Origin: a virus
IMG/VR virus record: IMGVR_UViG_3300036652_000269
Location: 25,279-89,278 of that record
Direction: 5' to 3' (one strand)
Length of the DNA: 64,000 nt
Shown: positions 27,492 through 37,810 of the stretch, in pieces
Numbering within the stretch: the first letter of the stretch is position 1
How the letters are laid out: every line of letters begins with the position of its first letter
Program-made: the position numbers and the translations under genes
Notes under the pieces: generated by a model
The model's database searches: none
Seen by the model: only the letters and a program-made list of their open reading frames with translations
Told to the model about the DNA's origin: nothing

Positions 27492-27747
27492 TGGTGCCTG
27501 CTTCCTTTTTCTGTTTGACAGGTTCCATGTGCGGGCGAGCATGAGCCAGCACACCTATCATCCAAGCAGGCGGCACATACTGTTTGGGTGCATCGGGCGT
27601 GATACCCAACAGGCGTTTCTCTTCCGATTCGACGGCTGCCGTGTAGCGGTCCACTTCCGCTTCGATCCTGGCGTGTGCCTTCTTCGTGTGTTCGGCCAGG
27701 ATGCGACGGCGTAACTCGGCGCGCTGTTGTTCCTGTGATGTCTTCAT
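27382..27747 (-). CDS. Hypothetical protein
   Basis: 121 aa, coupled to upstream gene; 3' end overlaps the amidase. Confidence 0.4.
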   Translation of the reverse strand: MKTSQEQQRAELRRRILAEHTKKAHARIEAEVDRYTAAVESEEKRLLGITPDAPKQYVPPAWMIGVLAHARPHMEPVKQKKEAGTNDHHELVPDPEASRHRSGEGDGGRGEGDPDRPVAER

Positions 27748-28529
27748 GGCGCGGGCACGTAGTGTTCGGTGATGTACCGGGCGGCAGTCTTCGCGGCGTC
27801 CTTGATGCGAACCACTTGATAGCCGTCGTCGTCCGAGTACGAATCCTGGTCCAAGAACACGGATTCCAGGTCAGCGGCCAGCTTGTCCAGTGCTGGCATG
27901 TCGGCAAACGCATCGATCAACGGGGTGCCGATGCTGTAGGTGCCGCCACCGACGTCGAGCGGCTCAAGCAGTTCAAACGGTTGGTTCAGCCGGGCGATGA
28001 TGTGGATGTCCTGATCTTCCAATCGAGCACTGACCACTTCTAGGCTGCCGATGACATCGTACGGGGGCGTACCCGGTGTAGGGGACGGACCGAAACTGTA
28101 GGACTCTTCAAAGTAATCACTGGCGAAGCAGGTCCGTACCCCGTCCGCATAGGTCAGCGATAGATAGTCGCCATACTTGACCGTCATGTCGAACGGCTTG
28201 CCATCTTCTTCGAAGACGAACATCACCCCACTGCCGCGATTCGTATCTTCGACGTACGAGAACTTTTCGGCCTTCAGGAACCGGGCACAGTCGCGTTCGT
28301 TCCCCGGCTGTAGCTGAATCGCCGTCAACACGGCGGGTGTGTACTCTTTGCGCCGGGCCTTGTTGTTCCAGTGATACAGCGACGGGTAACCGCGTGCCAT
28401 GTCAGTCTTGGTTTCCGGCTTCGGCATCCCATGTTCCTTCGGTTCGACGTTGGGCCACTCGGTGGAGCGGGCCGGTGGGCGTTCGGGTGCAGCTGATGGT
28501 TCGGGGTCGTAGGCGTCGTCGCGTCCCAT
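27744..28529 (-). CDS. Hypothetical protein
   Basis: 261 aa; TAIQL...GDYL...YFEESY segment. Confidence 0.55.
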   Translation of the reverse strand: MGRDDAYDPEPSAAPERPPARSTEWPNVEPKEHGMPKPETKTDMARGYPSLYHWNNKARRKEYTPAVLTAIQLQPGNERDCARFLKAEKFSYVEDTNRGSGVMFVFEEDGKPFDMTVKYGDYLSLTYADGVRTCFASDYFEESYSFGPSPTPGTPPYDVIGSLEVVSARLEDQDIHIIARLNQPFELLEPLDVGGGTYSIGTPLIDAFADMPALDKLAADLESVFLDQDSYSDDDGYQVVRIKDAAKTAARYITEHYVPAP

Positions 28530-28533
28530 AGGG

Positions 28534-28827
28534 TCAACCTTTCAGTTCGACAATCTGTACGTGGGCAAGGGATTCTGCACCACAGTTCAGGCAGCTGTCC
28601 CCAGCAGAGCCTGCTTCTTCGTCGTCGGTGAAGATTTCGCAAGACTGGCAGAACCACCCCACCGCCAGCACTGTCGGAGCAGCATCGATCACACCGGGGC
28701 ACTTCAGGATCGCGGTCCGTGAACCGGGACGGTCACGATTGTCGTGCGGTGGGTGCGGCCTGGTGTCCGGACAGGGGCTGTAGGGGAACGCAAGGTGTAC
28801 GTCCTGCTTACCCAACATCGGTACCAT
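28534..28827 (-). CDS. Zn-binding hypothetical protein
   Basis: C..H..H..C plus CxxC/CxxC. Confidence 0.5.
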   Translation of the reverse strand: MVPMLGKQDVHLAFPYSPCPDTRPHPPHDNRDRPGSRTAILKCPGVIDAAPTVLAVGWFCQSCEIFTDDEEAGSAGDSCLNCGAESLAHVQIVELKG

Positions 28828-29044
28828 TCTCCCGAACGACTGTCAGTTCGACATCATCGGTGTGCAGCACCACCTTCACCCGGTCCGCCAGACCAGCCGG
28901 AAGCGCAGCCTTGACGACCTCGCGTACCTGGTCGATGGCACCGTAGTCGGACACCCTGACCAGCAACAGGTCGTCGGGTTGCAACCGCAGCACCCGGACC
29001 TCTGGTACTTCGCTGAGCTCATCCATGTCCCCGCCGCCAATCAT
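28808..29044 (-). CDS. Hypothetical protein
   Basis: 78 aa. Confidence 0.45.
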   Translation of the reverse strand: MIGGGDMDELSEVPEVRVLRLQPDDLLLVRVSDYGAIDQVREVVKAALPAGLADRVKVVLHTDDVELTVVRENGTDVG

Positions 29045-29127
29045 CGTTAGTGACTTTCTTGAAGTAACTGGTCAGTTGGTCATCGACCACATCTTCTATC
29101 CTGTCGAGAAGATAATCCAGTACGTCG

Positions 29128-29928
<801 letters not shown>

Positions 29929-29990
29929 CTAGGACCGCCTTGTCTACTGTCAGGACGACATGTGCCATCGCATCACTTCCGATCTTTGGG

Positions 29991-30572
29991 TTATGGGCGA
30001 CCCCCTAATAGGGCTGCGACCCCTGTCACAATATCCGAAACACCGGGCAACAGACCACCAGCCACAGAAGGCCCTAGAAGGCCCGTAGACGGGCTAACGG
30101 CCACCAGGGGCAGCTGGGCAGCAGTCGATGGGGTTTCGCCGCCCACGAACGATCCTGGCGTGGTTATGCCCCCGGTCTGAGAAGTCTGCTGGGGCTGCGG
30201 CGTCGGGCTGGGTGTCTGCGTGGGTGCCGGTGTGGGCTGCGGCATCGAGGTCGGGGTCACCGCAACCACCTGAGTGACTGTCTTCTTGACAAGTTCTTCC
30301 CGGACGATGACCCGCTGGCTGGGGTTCGGGGTCAGCGTGGCAACCGGGGATGCGGTGACGGTGACTACCGGGTGGGCGGCAACATGGTGAGGTTGTTCCG
30401 CGATCCCCAGCCCAGGCTCGTTCAGCGTCTTAGCAGCCCAGTGCAGCCCGGTGGGCGAAGCAACCGTGCAGGCGATCATCCCGACCAGTAACGGCACCGC
30501 CCACTTCGGTCGGGTGCTGTACCTGTACTTCACGTGCTGCGCAGACTCGTGCTGCCGTTGAAGTATCGACAT
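29991..30572 (-). CDS. Membrane-anchored Pro/Thr-rich protein
   Basis: N-terminal TM segment, PT-rich linker. Confidence 0.5.
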   Translation of the reverse strand: MSILQRQHESAQHVKYRYSTRPKWAVPLLVGMIACTVASPTGLHWAAKTLNEPGLGIAEQPHHVAAHPVVTVTASPVATLTPNPSQRVIVREELVKKTVTQVVAVTPTSMPQPTPAPTQTPSPTPQPQQTSQTGGITTPGSFVGGETPSTAAQLPLVAVSPSTGLLGPSVAGGLLPGVSDIVTGVAALLGGRP

Positions 30573-30679
30573 GACAGTGGCATCCCTTGGTCCGACCAGT
30601 CGTTGTTCCCGAAGAAAGCTACCCGGTCCATGTGCTCGCTACACAGGGTAGCCTTACCGGTGCTGTCGGGCACGCAGGT

Positions 30680-32185
30680 CTAGGCCAGGATGCGGACCTT
30701 GCGACCGAAGGCCAGTTCCTTCAACGCTCCCGATGTTGCGTCCACCTGGTCGTCGTGCGCCCCGTTCGGGAACAATGCCGCTTCGTCCAGGAAGGCTCGG
30801 TTCCAGGTGGCTTTCTTGATGTAGCAGTTGCCTGCCTTGGCCATCGATGACAACGGCTGGGCACGCACCTTCTTGTCTCCGGTGGACCTGATCCCATCGA
30901 AGTTGAAGCCCACCAGGATGTTGCGCCGGTAGTGGCTGATGGCCATCACACCCGAGCTACCCGGTTCCTGTTCCATCCGGATCGGGATGTCGGGTCCGTC
31001 CATCATCGCGGTGTGCCGGATGATGCGTTCGGCTTCGGCTGGACCTCGGCGGAATCGCACGATGTCTTCGATGTAAAGGTTGCCGTCCAGCAATCGGCAC
31101 AGCGTCCCCACGGTCCAGTCGGGATCGTTCTTCTTGTCTTTCTTCTGCTCGGTTGCAGCCATGTCCCAGAACCGGACCAGCTTGCCACCCGCTGGCGTCA
31201 TGTCCAACGCGGTGAACCAGTGCCGCTGGAAGTAGTCACCTTCCTCGGTGACATCCCAGTCGCCGTTCAGCAGTCGTTCCTGGTCCACCGGGTTCAGGTG
31301 TTCCAGCGCTTCCCGGTAGCTGGCCTGGTCCAGTGATGGATTGTCAGAAAGCAAAGAGGGGACGAAGATCGCTTTTTCGTTCCGGGTGCGTTCATCGATG
31401 AACCGGTTCCGCACCCATTCGTGCCCGATGCCACCGGGGTTGGTGGCCGAACGCATCCTGAGCGGCAGATCGAAGATTGTCATTCCATCAGGGGCGGGCG
31501 GGTACTGGCCCAGCACCTGCTGGTCGGGGTAGGGCTCTTTGCAGTATTGCTTGCCTTCGGCGGTGGTGTGCTTGTAATAGACCCCGGTCATCGATCGATA
31601 CTGCCGAAGGTTGGTACGGCAGTTGAGGCAGTTGATCGCAGGCTTCCGCATCCGGCTGAACATGTAGGTGTACATGTCGGTATCGAACTGTGTCAGTTCG
31701 TCAAACCCGATGAACTGGAACTCCGCTGATTGGTAGCGGGTCTTGTCCCGGTTGTATTGCAGATAACCGAAGGTGATTCGAGCCCCCGACGGGAAGGTCC
31801 AGTACCGGCCCCCATCGTGCGACTTCGCATCTGTGCTTTGGAGCCACTGTCTGGCCCGGTCCATGATGGCACCCGGCAGCGCAAGGTCGGACCAGGTACG
31901 GCGCAGCAACAGAGCCGAATATCCCGGCACATCGACGTATTGCAACGCAGCCATCAACAGGGCGTCGCTCTTGCCCCCACCAGCCGCTCCACCGAAGCCG
32001 ACTTCCTTGGTGGTCAACGACAGGAAGACCTGCTGCTTGGGGTGCGGGATGTGCGGGATGTACTTGGTCAACCGAGGGATGACAGCCCGCTGAATCTTGT
32101 GCCGCTGTTCCGGGGTCAGTTCGGCCAGCTTCTTGGCCAGCACTCGGGTTTCTAGTGCTGTGCGTTCGGTCAGGGTCAGGGACAT
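30680..32185 (-). CDS. terL: Terminase large subunit
   Basis: GFGGAAGGGKS Walker A, FIGFDEL Walker B, ATNPGG, RFWDMA and HDDQVDA nuclease motifs. Confidence 0.95.
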   Translation of the reverse strand: MSLTLTERTALETRVLAKKLAELTPEQRHKIQRAVIPRLTKYIPHIPHPKQQVFLSLTTKEVGFGGAAGGGKSDALLMAALQYVDVPGYSALLLRRTWSDLALPGAIMDRARQWLQSTDAKSHDGGRYWTFPSGARITFGYLQYNRDKTRYQSAEFQFIGFDELTQFDTDMYTYMFSRMRKPAINCLNCRTNLRQYRSMTGVYYKHTTAEGKQYCKEPYPDQQVLGQYPPAPDGMTIFDLPLRMRSATNPGGIGHEWVRNRFIDERTRNEKAIFVPSLLSDNPSLDQASYREALEHLNPVDQERLLNGDWDVTEEGDYFQRHWFTALDMTPAGGKLVRFWDMAATEQKKDKKNDPDWTVGTLCRLLDGNLYIEDIVRFRRGPAEAERIIRHTAMMDGPDIPIRMEQEPGSSGVMAISHYRRNILVGFNFDGIRSTGDKKVRAQPLSSMAKAGNCYIKKATWNRAFLDEAALFPNGAHDDQVDATSGALKELAFGRKVRILA

Positions 32186-32294
32186 GGGTCGTAGTCGTCT
32201 TTCTAGTTGACAGTCTGGTTCCCAACCTCAGCGGCCGGTACTGGGACTGCCTAGCGTATTCATCACGTGTACTGCTGGTCATGCGTGGTGCGGG

Positions 32295-32669
32295 CTAGAT
32301 GTGCACGTAAAACCGACCGTTCAGTGCGGTGTGCTCGCTTTGCTTCTGCAAGCTGGACAACCGTTCCGTCTGGTGGCCGTACGGGTCACGCTTGGTCGGG
32401 TCGGTGGACACATAGACCACGTTGATGCACTCGGGCCCATGCACCGCCGTGACCAAACCGAAGTGTTCGACCCCGGTTTCGTCTGTCACCTTGACAACCG
32501 TGCCCACCACCAACTGCTCGCGGTAGGTGCCGGTGTCGATCGACTTCCGGTTTTCGTGGTCCCATCGCGTCACCGGGACCTGTTCCATGTCAGACAGCAT
32601 CTTGTTCACCTCCTTCCGTACGCGGTGTGCGTCCATGCAGTATGTCATCGATCCGGCGCTGGTTGTCAT
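32295..32669 (-). CDS. Hypothetical protein
   Basis: Small beta-rich phage-type protein; start uncertain. Confidence 0.5.
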   Translation of the reverse strand: MTTSAGSMTYCMDAHRVRKEVNKMLSDMEQVPVTRWDHENRKSIDTGTYREQLVVGTVVKVTDETGVEHFGLVTAVHGPECINVVYVSTDPTKRDPYGHQTERLSSLQKQSEHTALNGRFYVHI

Positions 32670-32922
32670 AGAAGCGCTGCGACATAGCTGGTAGCCGTAC
32701 TCCGGCGTGGTAGGCGATGGTGGCGTTCCCGATGGCGTCCAACAGCCCGAACAGGATGTCGTCTGTCATGTGCACATACAGATCGATGGTGTCATACCCG
32801 GTGGCCGGGTAACGCTGGTGCAGGTCAGTGCGCCACTCGTCAGTGATGACCAGCCGGGGTCGGGGTTTGTTTTGCGCCGTGTGCTTGCCGCACCGACACC
32901 CTCGCTGGCAGATCGTACCCAT
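32590..32922 (-). CDS. Hypothetical protein
   Basis: 110 aa. Confidence 0.4.
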   Translation of the reverse strand: MGTICQRGCRCGKHTAQNKPRPRLVITDEWRTDLHQRYPATGYDTIDLYVHMTDDILFGLLDAIGNATIAYHAGVRLPAMSQRFYDNQRRIDDILHGRTPRTEGGEQDAV

Positions 32923-33118
32923 GGCTAACTGTCTAGCAGATACAGGTAGTCCAGTTGGTCATTCAGCGCCATCAGGTCGGGATGGGCCAGGATGTTGTGT
33001 TCCAGCACGTGGGCCCGTGCATGGTCATATCGGGTCTTGTTCACATCCCCGTTCGCGTCTACCCACGCCTTGCAGTCCCGGCAGTAGAACGCTCGAACGT
33101 GCATCCGGTCCGTCATGA

Positions 33119-33403
33119 TTACCGGTTCTTTGGTTTGGTGGGGTGGCCCAGCTTCCGGCAGCTGCACAGGATCGGCTGGTTGTCGGGGGTGAATGCGTTT
33201 CGCAGTGCCCCGTTGCACTTGGCGTGGTCGTTGGCGAAGCAGTGCGTACACATCGGGATCACACAGTCGGGGGTCGTCGTCATGGTCGGCTGCCTTTTGG
33301 TTCGGTTGCTCTGTACCTGTTGTACGGATGCCGGTGACAGCCGGGCTGCGGAATCCAGTGTTAGGTCGCAGGCCAGTCCGGACAACCACAACCCGGCTGT
33401 CAC
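33119..33403 (-). CDS. Small Cys/His-rich protein
   Basis: MCTHC...H..C...CSC...H. Confidence 0.4.
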   Translation of the reverse strand: MTAGLWLSGLACDLTLDSAARLSPASVQQVQSNRTKRQPTMTTTPDCVIPMCTHCFANDHAKCNGALRNAFTPDNQPILCSCRKLGHPTKPKNR

Positions 33404-33417
33404 TCTGAAAGGCTAGC

Positions 33418-34548
33418 CTATGGGATGACGGACCCGTCGGTGTCCAGCGTGTTGCCGGTCCAGGTCGTCACGAATGGCGAACCGATGTGAGTCTTGATGC
33501 CGTACCGGTAGTCGGTGCCGAACCGGTTGTTGGTAAACGTCAACGGTCCCGCCTTGTGGGTGGCCGGGATGCCCGAGTTGTTCGCATTGATCGAGTAGTT
33601 GCCGCCGTCGCACAGGTTGCCGGTGAAGGTCAGTTGGGCCAGGTCACCTTGCAGTGCGCCGATCTGAAGACACGAGTTCATCGGGTCGCCTGCGGTGAAC
33701 GGTATCAGCGTGTTGTGCACGAAGGTTTCGTCCCCACCCGATGTCTGCAAGGTGTCATCATGCGAGGTGGACGACCGCTGCAAGCCGTGGATGTAGCTGT
33801 CCTGCACCACGTTGAACGGGTTCGCCCCGCCACCACCCCAGGCGTCGATACCGTCCTGGCCACCGGACAGGTCAGCCCGAATGACAGTGGCGTCGTGGAT
33901 CGTCATGGCCGCGGTCTGACTGGGTGTCACGATGACAGTCACATCGCTGATCGTGGTGTGCCCGGTGGCCTGGTGCAGATCGATACCGCCGAGTGCATCG
34001 CCACCTGTCACCTTGACGTTTTCGATGATGACGTTGGCCGATGTCACCTTGATAAAGCCGGTGACGTTCAGGTTACGGATGACCTGGCCATCGGTGGTCG
34101 AAGTGATGGACCCAGAAGCGGTGAGGGTGCCGTGCGCCCCGGTGTTGGTGGCGTCGGGCCAGCCGCAGGCAGATGGTGTCTTCAGACAGTGAGTGGCCGA
34201 AACAGCACTGCTCGATGGGGTCGGGCTGACCGTCACGTTACTGGGGCTGGGACTGGCCGGTGGGCTGCTCACAACGGGGGTGCTGCTGCTGGGTGCCGGG
34301 TTGGCGCTGCTGCTGACCGGGACCGGTGGGCTGCTGCTGGGGGCTGCACTGCTGGGCGGCGGGCTGCTGGGCAGCGATGAAGGGCTCGACTGGGACGATG
34401 CGGTCGGCGTGGTCTTGGCCAGTGTCAGTGTCATGCTGACAACCGCTAGCAAAGCGGCCAGTGCAGCGATGACCTCGGCACGGTGGGCGGTGAACCAGGC
34501 GATCCAGGTTTGCCCGGTGGGCGGTGGGGCAGCGGACGGCGTAGACAC
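33418..34548 (-). CDS. Membrane-anchored right-handed beta-helix (pectate-lyase-like) protein
   Basis: TM, Ser/Pro linker, SACGWPDATNTG, then I.N..V/DG/HDD..Q beta-helix repeats. Confidence 0.65.
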   Translation of the reverse strand: MSTPSAAPPPTGQTWIAWFTAHRAEVIAALAALLAVVSMTLTLAKTTPTASSQSSPSSLPSSPPPSSAAPSSSPPVPVSSSANPAPSSSTPVVSSPPASPSPSNVTVSPTPSSSAVSATHCLKTPSACGWPDATNTGAHGTLTASGSITSTTDGQVIRNLNVTGFIKVTSANVIIENVKVTGGDALGGIDLHQATGHTTISDVTVIVTPSQTAAMTIHDATVIRADLSGGQDGIDAWGGGGANPFNVVQDSYIHGLQRSSTSHDDTLQTSGGDETFVHNTLIPFTAGDPMNSCLQIGALQGDLAQLTFTGNLCDGGNYSINANNSGIPATHKAGPLTFTNNRFGTDYRYGIKTHIGSPFVTTWTGNTLDTDGSVIP

Positions 34549-34992
34549 GATGGTGTCCTTTCGTGGAGAGAAGGGAACACCATCGTGTCATGCGCCAAGG
34601 TCAACCAGCCGGTCTTTTGCCCCACCATCGGGGCGGCGTCACTCTGCGTTATAGCCAGTTCTGGTGCACTGCCACTATCAGTTCGACAATGAAGATGGCA
34701 GCCAACAGCACGTCGGTCAACGTGATCCGCACCAAGTACCTCCCTAGTCAGGGACGGGCACCGGGGACGATACCCACGAATCGCCGGGGTTATACCCGCA
34801 CCAGTGATGGCCTGGTTCGCGGGGTCATGTCGTTCGATAACTCGGTGTTGTGGAACACCTGTCGTTCCTGGATGGCATGTCGTTCACACATCAGGTGGCC
34901 GGGGCACCATGCCAGGCAGGCGATGCACCAGACCCGGTATCGGGCGAGTTCGTCACAGTGCCGGGTGTCGCAGACTTCCCGACCTGGGCTGG

Positions 34993-35319
34993 TCACTTCC
35001 CGATCACTTCCCCGCACGACGAACACTGAGCCAACGAATCACTGCCTTGCACACTGTGCCATTGTCCGATGTGCTGACCATGACCCCCGCAGCCAATCAC
35101 GTTCAGCGCTGCTCTGATGTGTTCCAGCTGTTCAGCCAACTGGTCGATGGCTGGTTGGTTGCTGGCCCGGCGCAAGGCTTCGGTCGTGCAGCAGGCTTCA
35201 TCGACGGGTTGATAACTCGACAAGTACCGCAGGGTTTCGGTTTCGAAGTTCCGCAAGGCACGGCGAAGCACCTTCCGACTGGTGGCCGGAAAGGTCAGTG
35301 CTGTCTCTTCGTCGGACAT
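34993..35319 (-). CDS. Hypothetical protein
   Basis: 108 aa with GAAAGG RBS. Confidence 0.45.
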   Translation of the reverse strand: MSDEETALTFPATSRKVLRRALRNFETETLRYLSSYQPVDEACCTTEALRRASNQPAIDQLAEQLEHIRAALNVIGCGGHGQHIGQWHSVQGSDSLAQCSSCGEVIGK

Positions 35320-35474
35320 GGATGGTGGCCTTTCGTCAGGTCGGTCGGCAGGTCGGTCGGTGGGTCAGTCGTCATCGGGGCTGTGGTCCACGCAGATGGC
35401 CGAACGAATCCCCCGGCCCGCTGCATACCCAATCGACGCAGCGAGCACTGCTACGGCCAGTACAGCTAGTTTCA

Positions 35475-35726
35475 CTAGCGGTCCTTGCGTTTGATCCGGA
35501 CGAACCTGGTGTTGTCCGGTGACAACTCGTACAGCTGCCAGAACTGGCCGGTGTGTCGTTCCTGCCTGATCTTGTCCAGGTCATCGGGTTCGATGTCCAC
35601 CGCTGTCGGGTTGATAGTCGTAGTGATCGTCTTATCTCCGTGACGAACATCGACGTACAGCCAGTCGTTGGCGAACTGGTGCAGCACGACCTGCTTGCCC
35701 TTGTGCACACCATTACGCAGCTTCAC
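35475..35726 (-). CDS. Hypothetical protein
   Basis: 83 aa, coupled to upstream gene. Confidence 0.5.
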   Translation of the reverse strand: MKLRNGVHKGKQVVLHQFANDWLYVDVRHGDKTITTTINPTAVDIEPDDLDKIRQERHTGQFWQLYELSPDNTRFVRIKRKDR

Positions 35727-35992
35727 GACGGGTCACCACTGAGTTCTTCGTCGTAGATGCGCTGGCAGTCCGGGCAAACCGGATACTTCTTCGGGTCGCG
35801 AAACGGTACCCACTTCTTCCCGCACAGAGCTTCACACGGGGTGCCGAAGACAGCCGCGTTCATGATGGCTTCCTTGTTCGCGTAGTGCGCGAACCGTTCG
35901 TGGTTGCCGTCGTCGTTACTCAACCTGGGCACCACAACCGTGTCGGTGTCGGTGTCCGGCGAAGACAGCGCGGGCAGGGTTTCGGTGTCCAT
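35723..35992 (-). CDS. DUF3039-family protein
   Basis: HERFAHY......AV.G.P..ALCGK.WVP.RDP..YPVCP.C..IY. Confidence 0.85.
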   Translation of the reverse strand: MDTETLPALSSPDTDTDTVVVPRLSNDDGNHERFAHYANKEAIMNAAVFGTPCEALCGKKWVPFRDPKKYPVCPDCQRIYDEELSGDPS

Positions 35993-36495
35993 CAGGACGT
36001 AGCTCCTTTGTTACGGGCCTGCTTCGTTCGCCGTTCGATTTCGTCGTTGATGTACCAGACCGCTTTCTTCAGGTCTTCGATCGAGTCGTTCTTCAGGTCC
36101 GCCCGCCAGATGTACTTGACGGCGTTACCCAGGTTGAACCCCATGTGCCGGGTGACTTCGATGCACTCGATACCGCTGGGGTGGCTGGTGTAGTGCGGTG
36201 GGTGGTTCACCATGTCTGCGGTAGGTGCTGCGGGAAGACCGGGACACCAGCACTGGTCACCCCACAACCACGTATGTGCAGGGTGTGAGTCGAGCCGTTC
36301 ACACCGGGCGGTCGGTAACGATTGCGGTGGCACGTCGGGTGCCCAGACGGAACTCGTCATTGGCAGGTTGACACCCGGGCACCACTTGGGACCGCTGAAG
36401 TTGGTCCAGCTGTGCGGCTTGTGCTCGATGAGTGCGTCATCACACAACTGCCGGGGTACCCGGTCGGCACTGCCGATGGGCGGCATGGCGATCAC
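35992..36495 (-). CDS. DUF3310 (T7 gp1.7-like nucleotide kinase) domain protein
   Basis: DMVNHPPHY...IECIE...F.LGNAVKYIWRA..K...EDL.KA.WY. Confidence 0.85.
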   Translation of the reverse strand: MIAMPPIGSADRVPRQLCDDALIEHKPHSWTNFSGPKWCPGVNLPMTSSVWAPDVPPQSLPTARCERLDSHPAHTWLWGDQCWCPGLPAAPTADMVNHPPHYTSHPSGIECIEVTRHMGFNLGNAVKYIWRADLKNDSIEDLKKAVWYINDEIERRTKQARNKGATS

Positions 36496-36869
36496 TTCCC
36501 TTCGACCTTGTGCCAGGCCGGGTGGGTGAACTCGCGTAGTTCATAGCGTTCATGCGGGTTCGGGTTCGCGGCCAGCATCACCGCAATGTGGTCGGGGCAG
36601 CACATGGACCGCTTCGGTGGGTCGATGCCGGAGTCAAAACGAGTGACCAACAGCCAGGTCGGTTCGTTGGGGCAGTCGGGCTGTACGCATCTGACGTGAC
36701 TATCCGACCGACAGACGACCCCACAGTGGGGGCAGGTCCCGCTGCACTGGTCGAACTTCTGGTGGACGCACTCGTTGGATATGTAGTACGGGTGTGCTTT
36801 CTGATCCGAATCCAGCGGCACGTTGCCGGTGAACGATGTGTACGACATGGCAGATTGTCTCCTTGACAC
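36492..36869 (-). CDS. Cys-rich hypothetical protein
   Basis: 125 aa, multiple Cys/His. Confidence 0.45.
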   Translation of the reverse strand: MSRRQSAMSYTSFTGNVPLDSDQKAHPYYISNECVHQKFDQCSGTCPHCGVVCRSDSHVRCVQPDCPNEPTWLLVTRFDSGIDPPKRSMCCPDHIAVMLAANPNPHERYELREFTHPAWHKVEGK

Positions 36870-37069
36870 ATGATGGATGGATGGGATGGGTGTTCAGGTG
36901 TTCAGGTGCGGGAATGTCAGGATGACACCGATGATGACCAGGATCGCCGCGACGACCAGCCACACCGTGTGGTGTGCCACCCGCCAACGGGGTACGTCCT
37001 TCTCTTTGTAGAAGAACACCAGGGCGACCAGGAACACCATCCACCCGATGTTGTAGAACAGGTGACCTA

Positions 37070-37390
37070 TCATCCCGACCTCCGCTTGGTGGGTGTGGCT
37101 GTGTGGCTGGCTGCTACCAACCTAGATGCCCAGGTCTTGCCGATGCGGTCCAGCGACGACCGCAGCCGTCGGTTGTCCCGGCGCAGGGTGTCATTCTCTT
37201 CTTGCAAGATACGTAGTTCTTCGTTGACCGGCAGCGGGTCCAGCCGCAGGTCCAGTTCCTTGATGCTGGGACCGAACAGGGTGGGTGTCGTGGTGCCCAC
37301 CATTTTGACCACGGCTTCCTGAGCAGCTTCCTTGGTGGTGTGCACCGACGAAGGTGTCCCGATCACCAGGCTGACGACATACACTTTCAT
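37070..37390 (-). CDS. Hypothetical protein
   Basis: 106 aa. Confidence 0.5.
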   Translation of the reverse strand: MKVYVVSLVIGTPSSVHTTKEAAQEAVVKMVGTTTPTLFGPSIKELDLRLDPLPVNEELRILQEENDTLRRDNRRLRSSLDRIGKTWASRLVAASHTATPTKRRSG

Positions 37391-37418
37391 CTGGACAGTC
37401 TTTCTACTGGATGTGGTT

Positions 37419-37655
37419 CTAGCCGTGACGGAGCTTTATCGTGGCATCGAACAAACCGGGGCTGATGTCTTCCAGCGCATCGATCAGGTCAAGGTACTTG
37501 TCCATGCCGATTGTCGGATAGCTACACGCTTCCCCCTTTGCGCGGGCTCTCTTGCAGCGTTGGTACACAGATGGGCTTGGGAAGGTGGCGACTTCTAACG
37601 CCGCAAACACCAGTCGGTACCCTTCGGCGGGTGTCAGGGTGAACTGTTTGCTCAT
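37419..37655 (-). CDS. Hypothetical protein
   Basis: 78 aa with GGAGA RBS. Confidence 0.5.
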   Translation of the reverse strand: MSKQFTLTPAEGYRLVFAALEVATFPSPSVYQRCKRARAKGEACSYPTIGMDKYLDLIDALEDISPGLFDATIKLRHG

Positions 37656-37810
37656 TTTGGTTGTCTCCTAGATATCTGCCGTGTACAGCGACCTGATGGT
37701 GTGTGCGCCCGCTTCGTTCGGGTCCATCGGCAGGTCTAGCACTTCGCGGTTCGACAGTCCGTGTTGTTCTGGCTGTTCTGGTTGCTGGGGTTTGGCCGGT
37801 GTCGTCATGG

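Noticed and set aside
31480-31650. Mini-intein in TerL
   Set aside because: Too short and lacks the C-terminal (H)N-[CST] junction.
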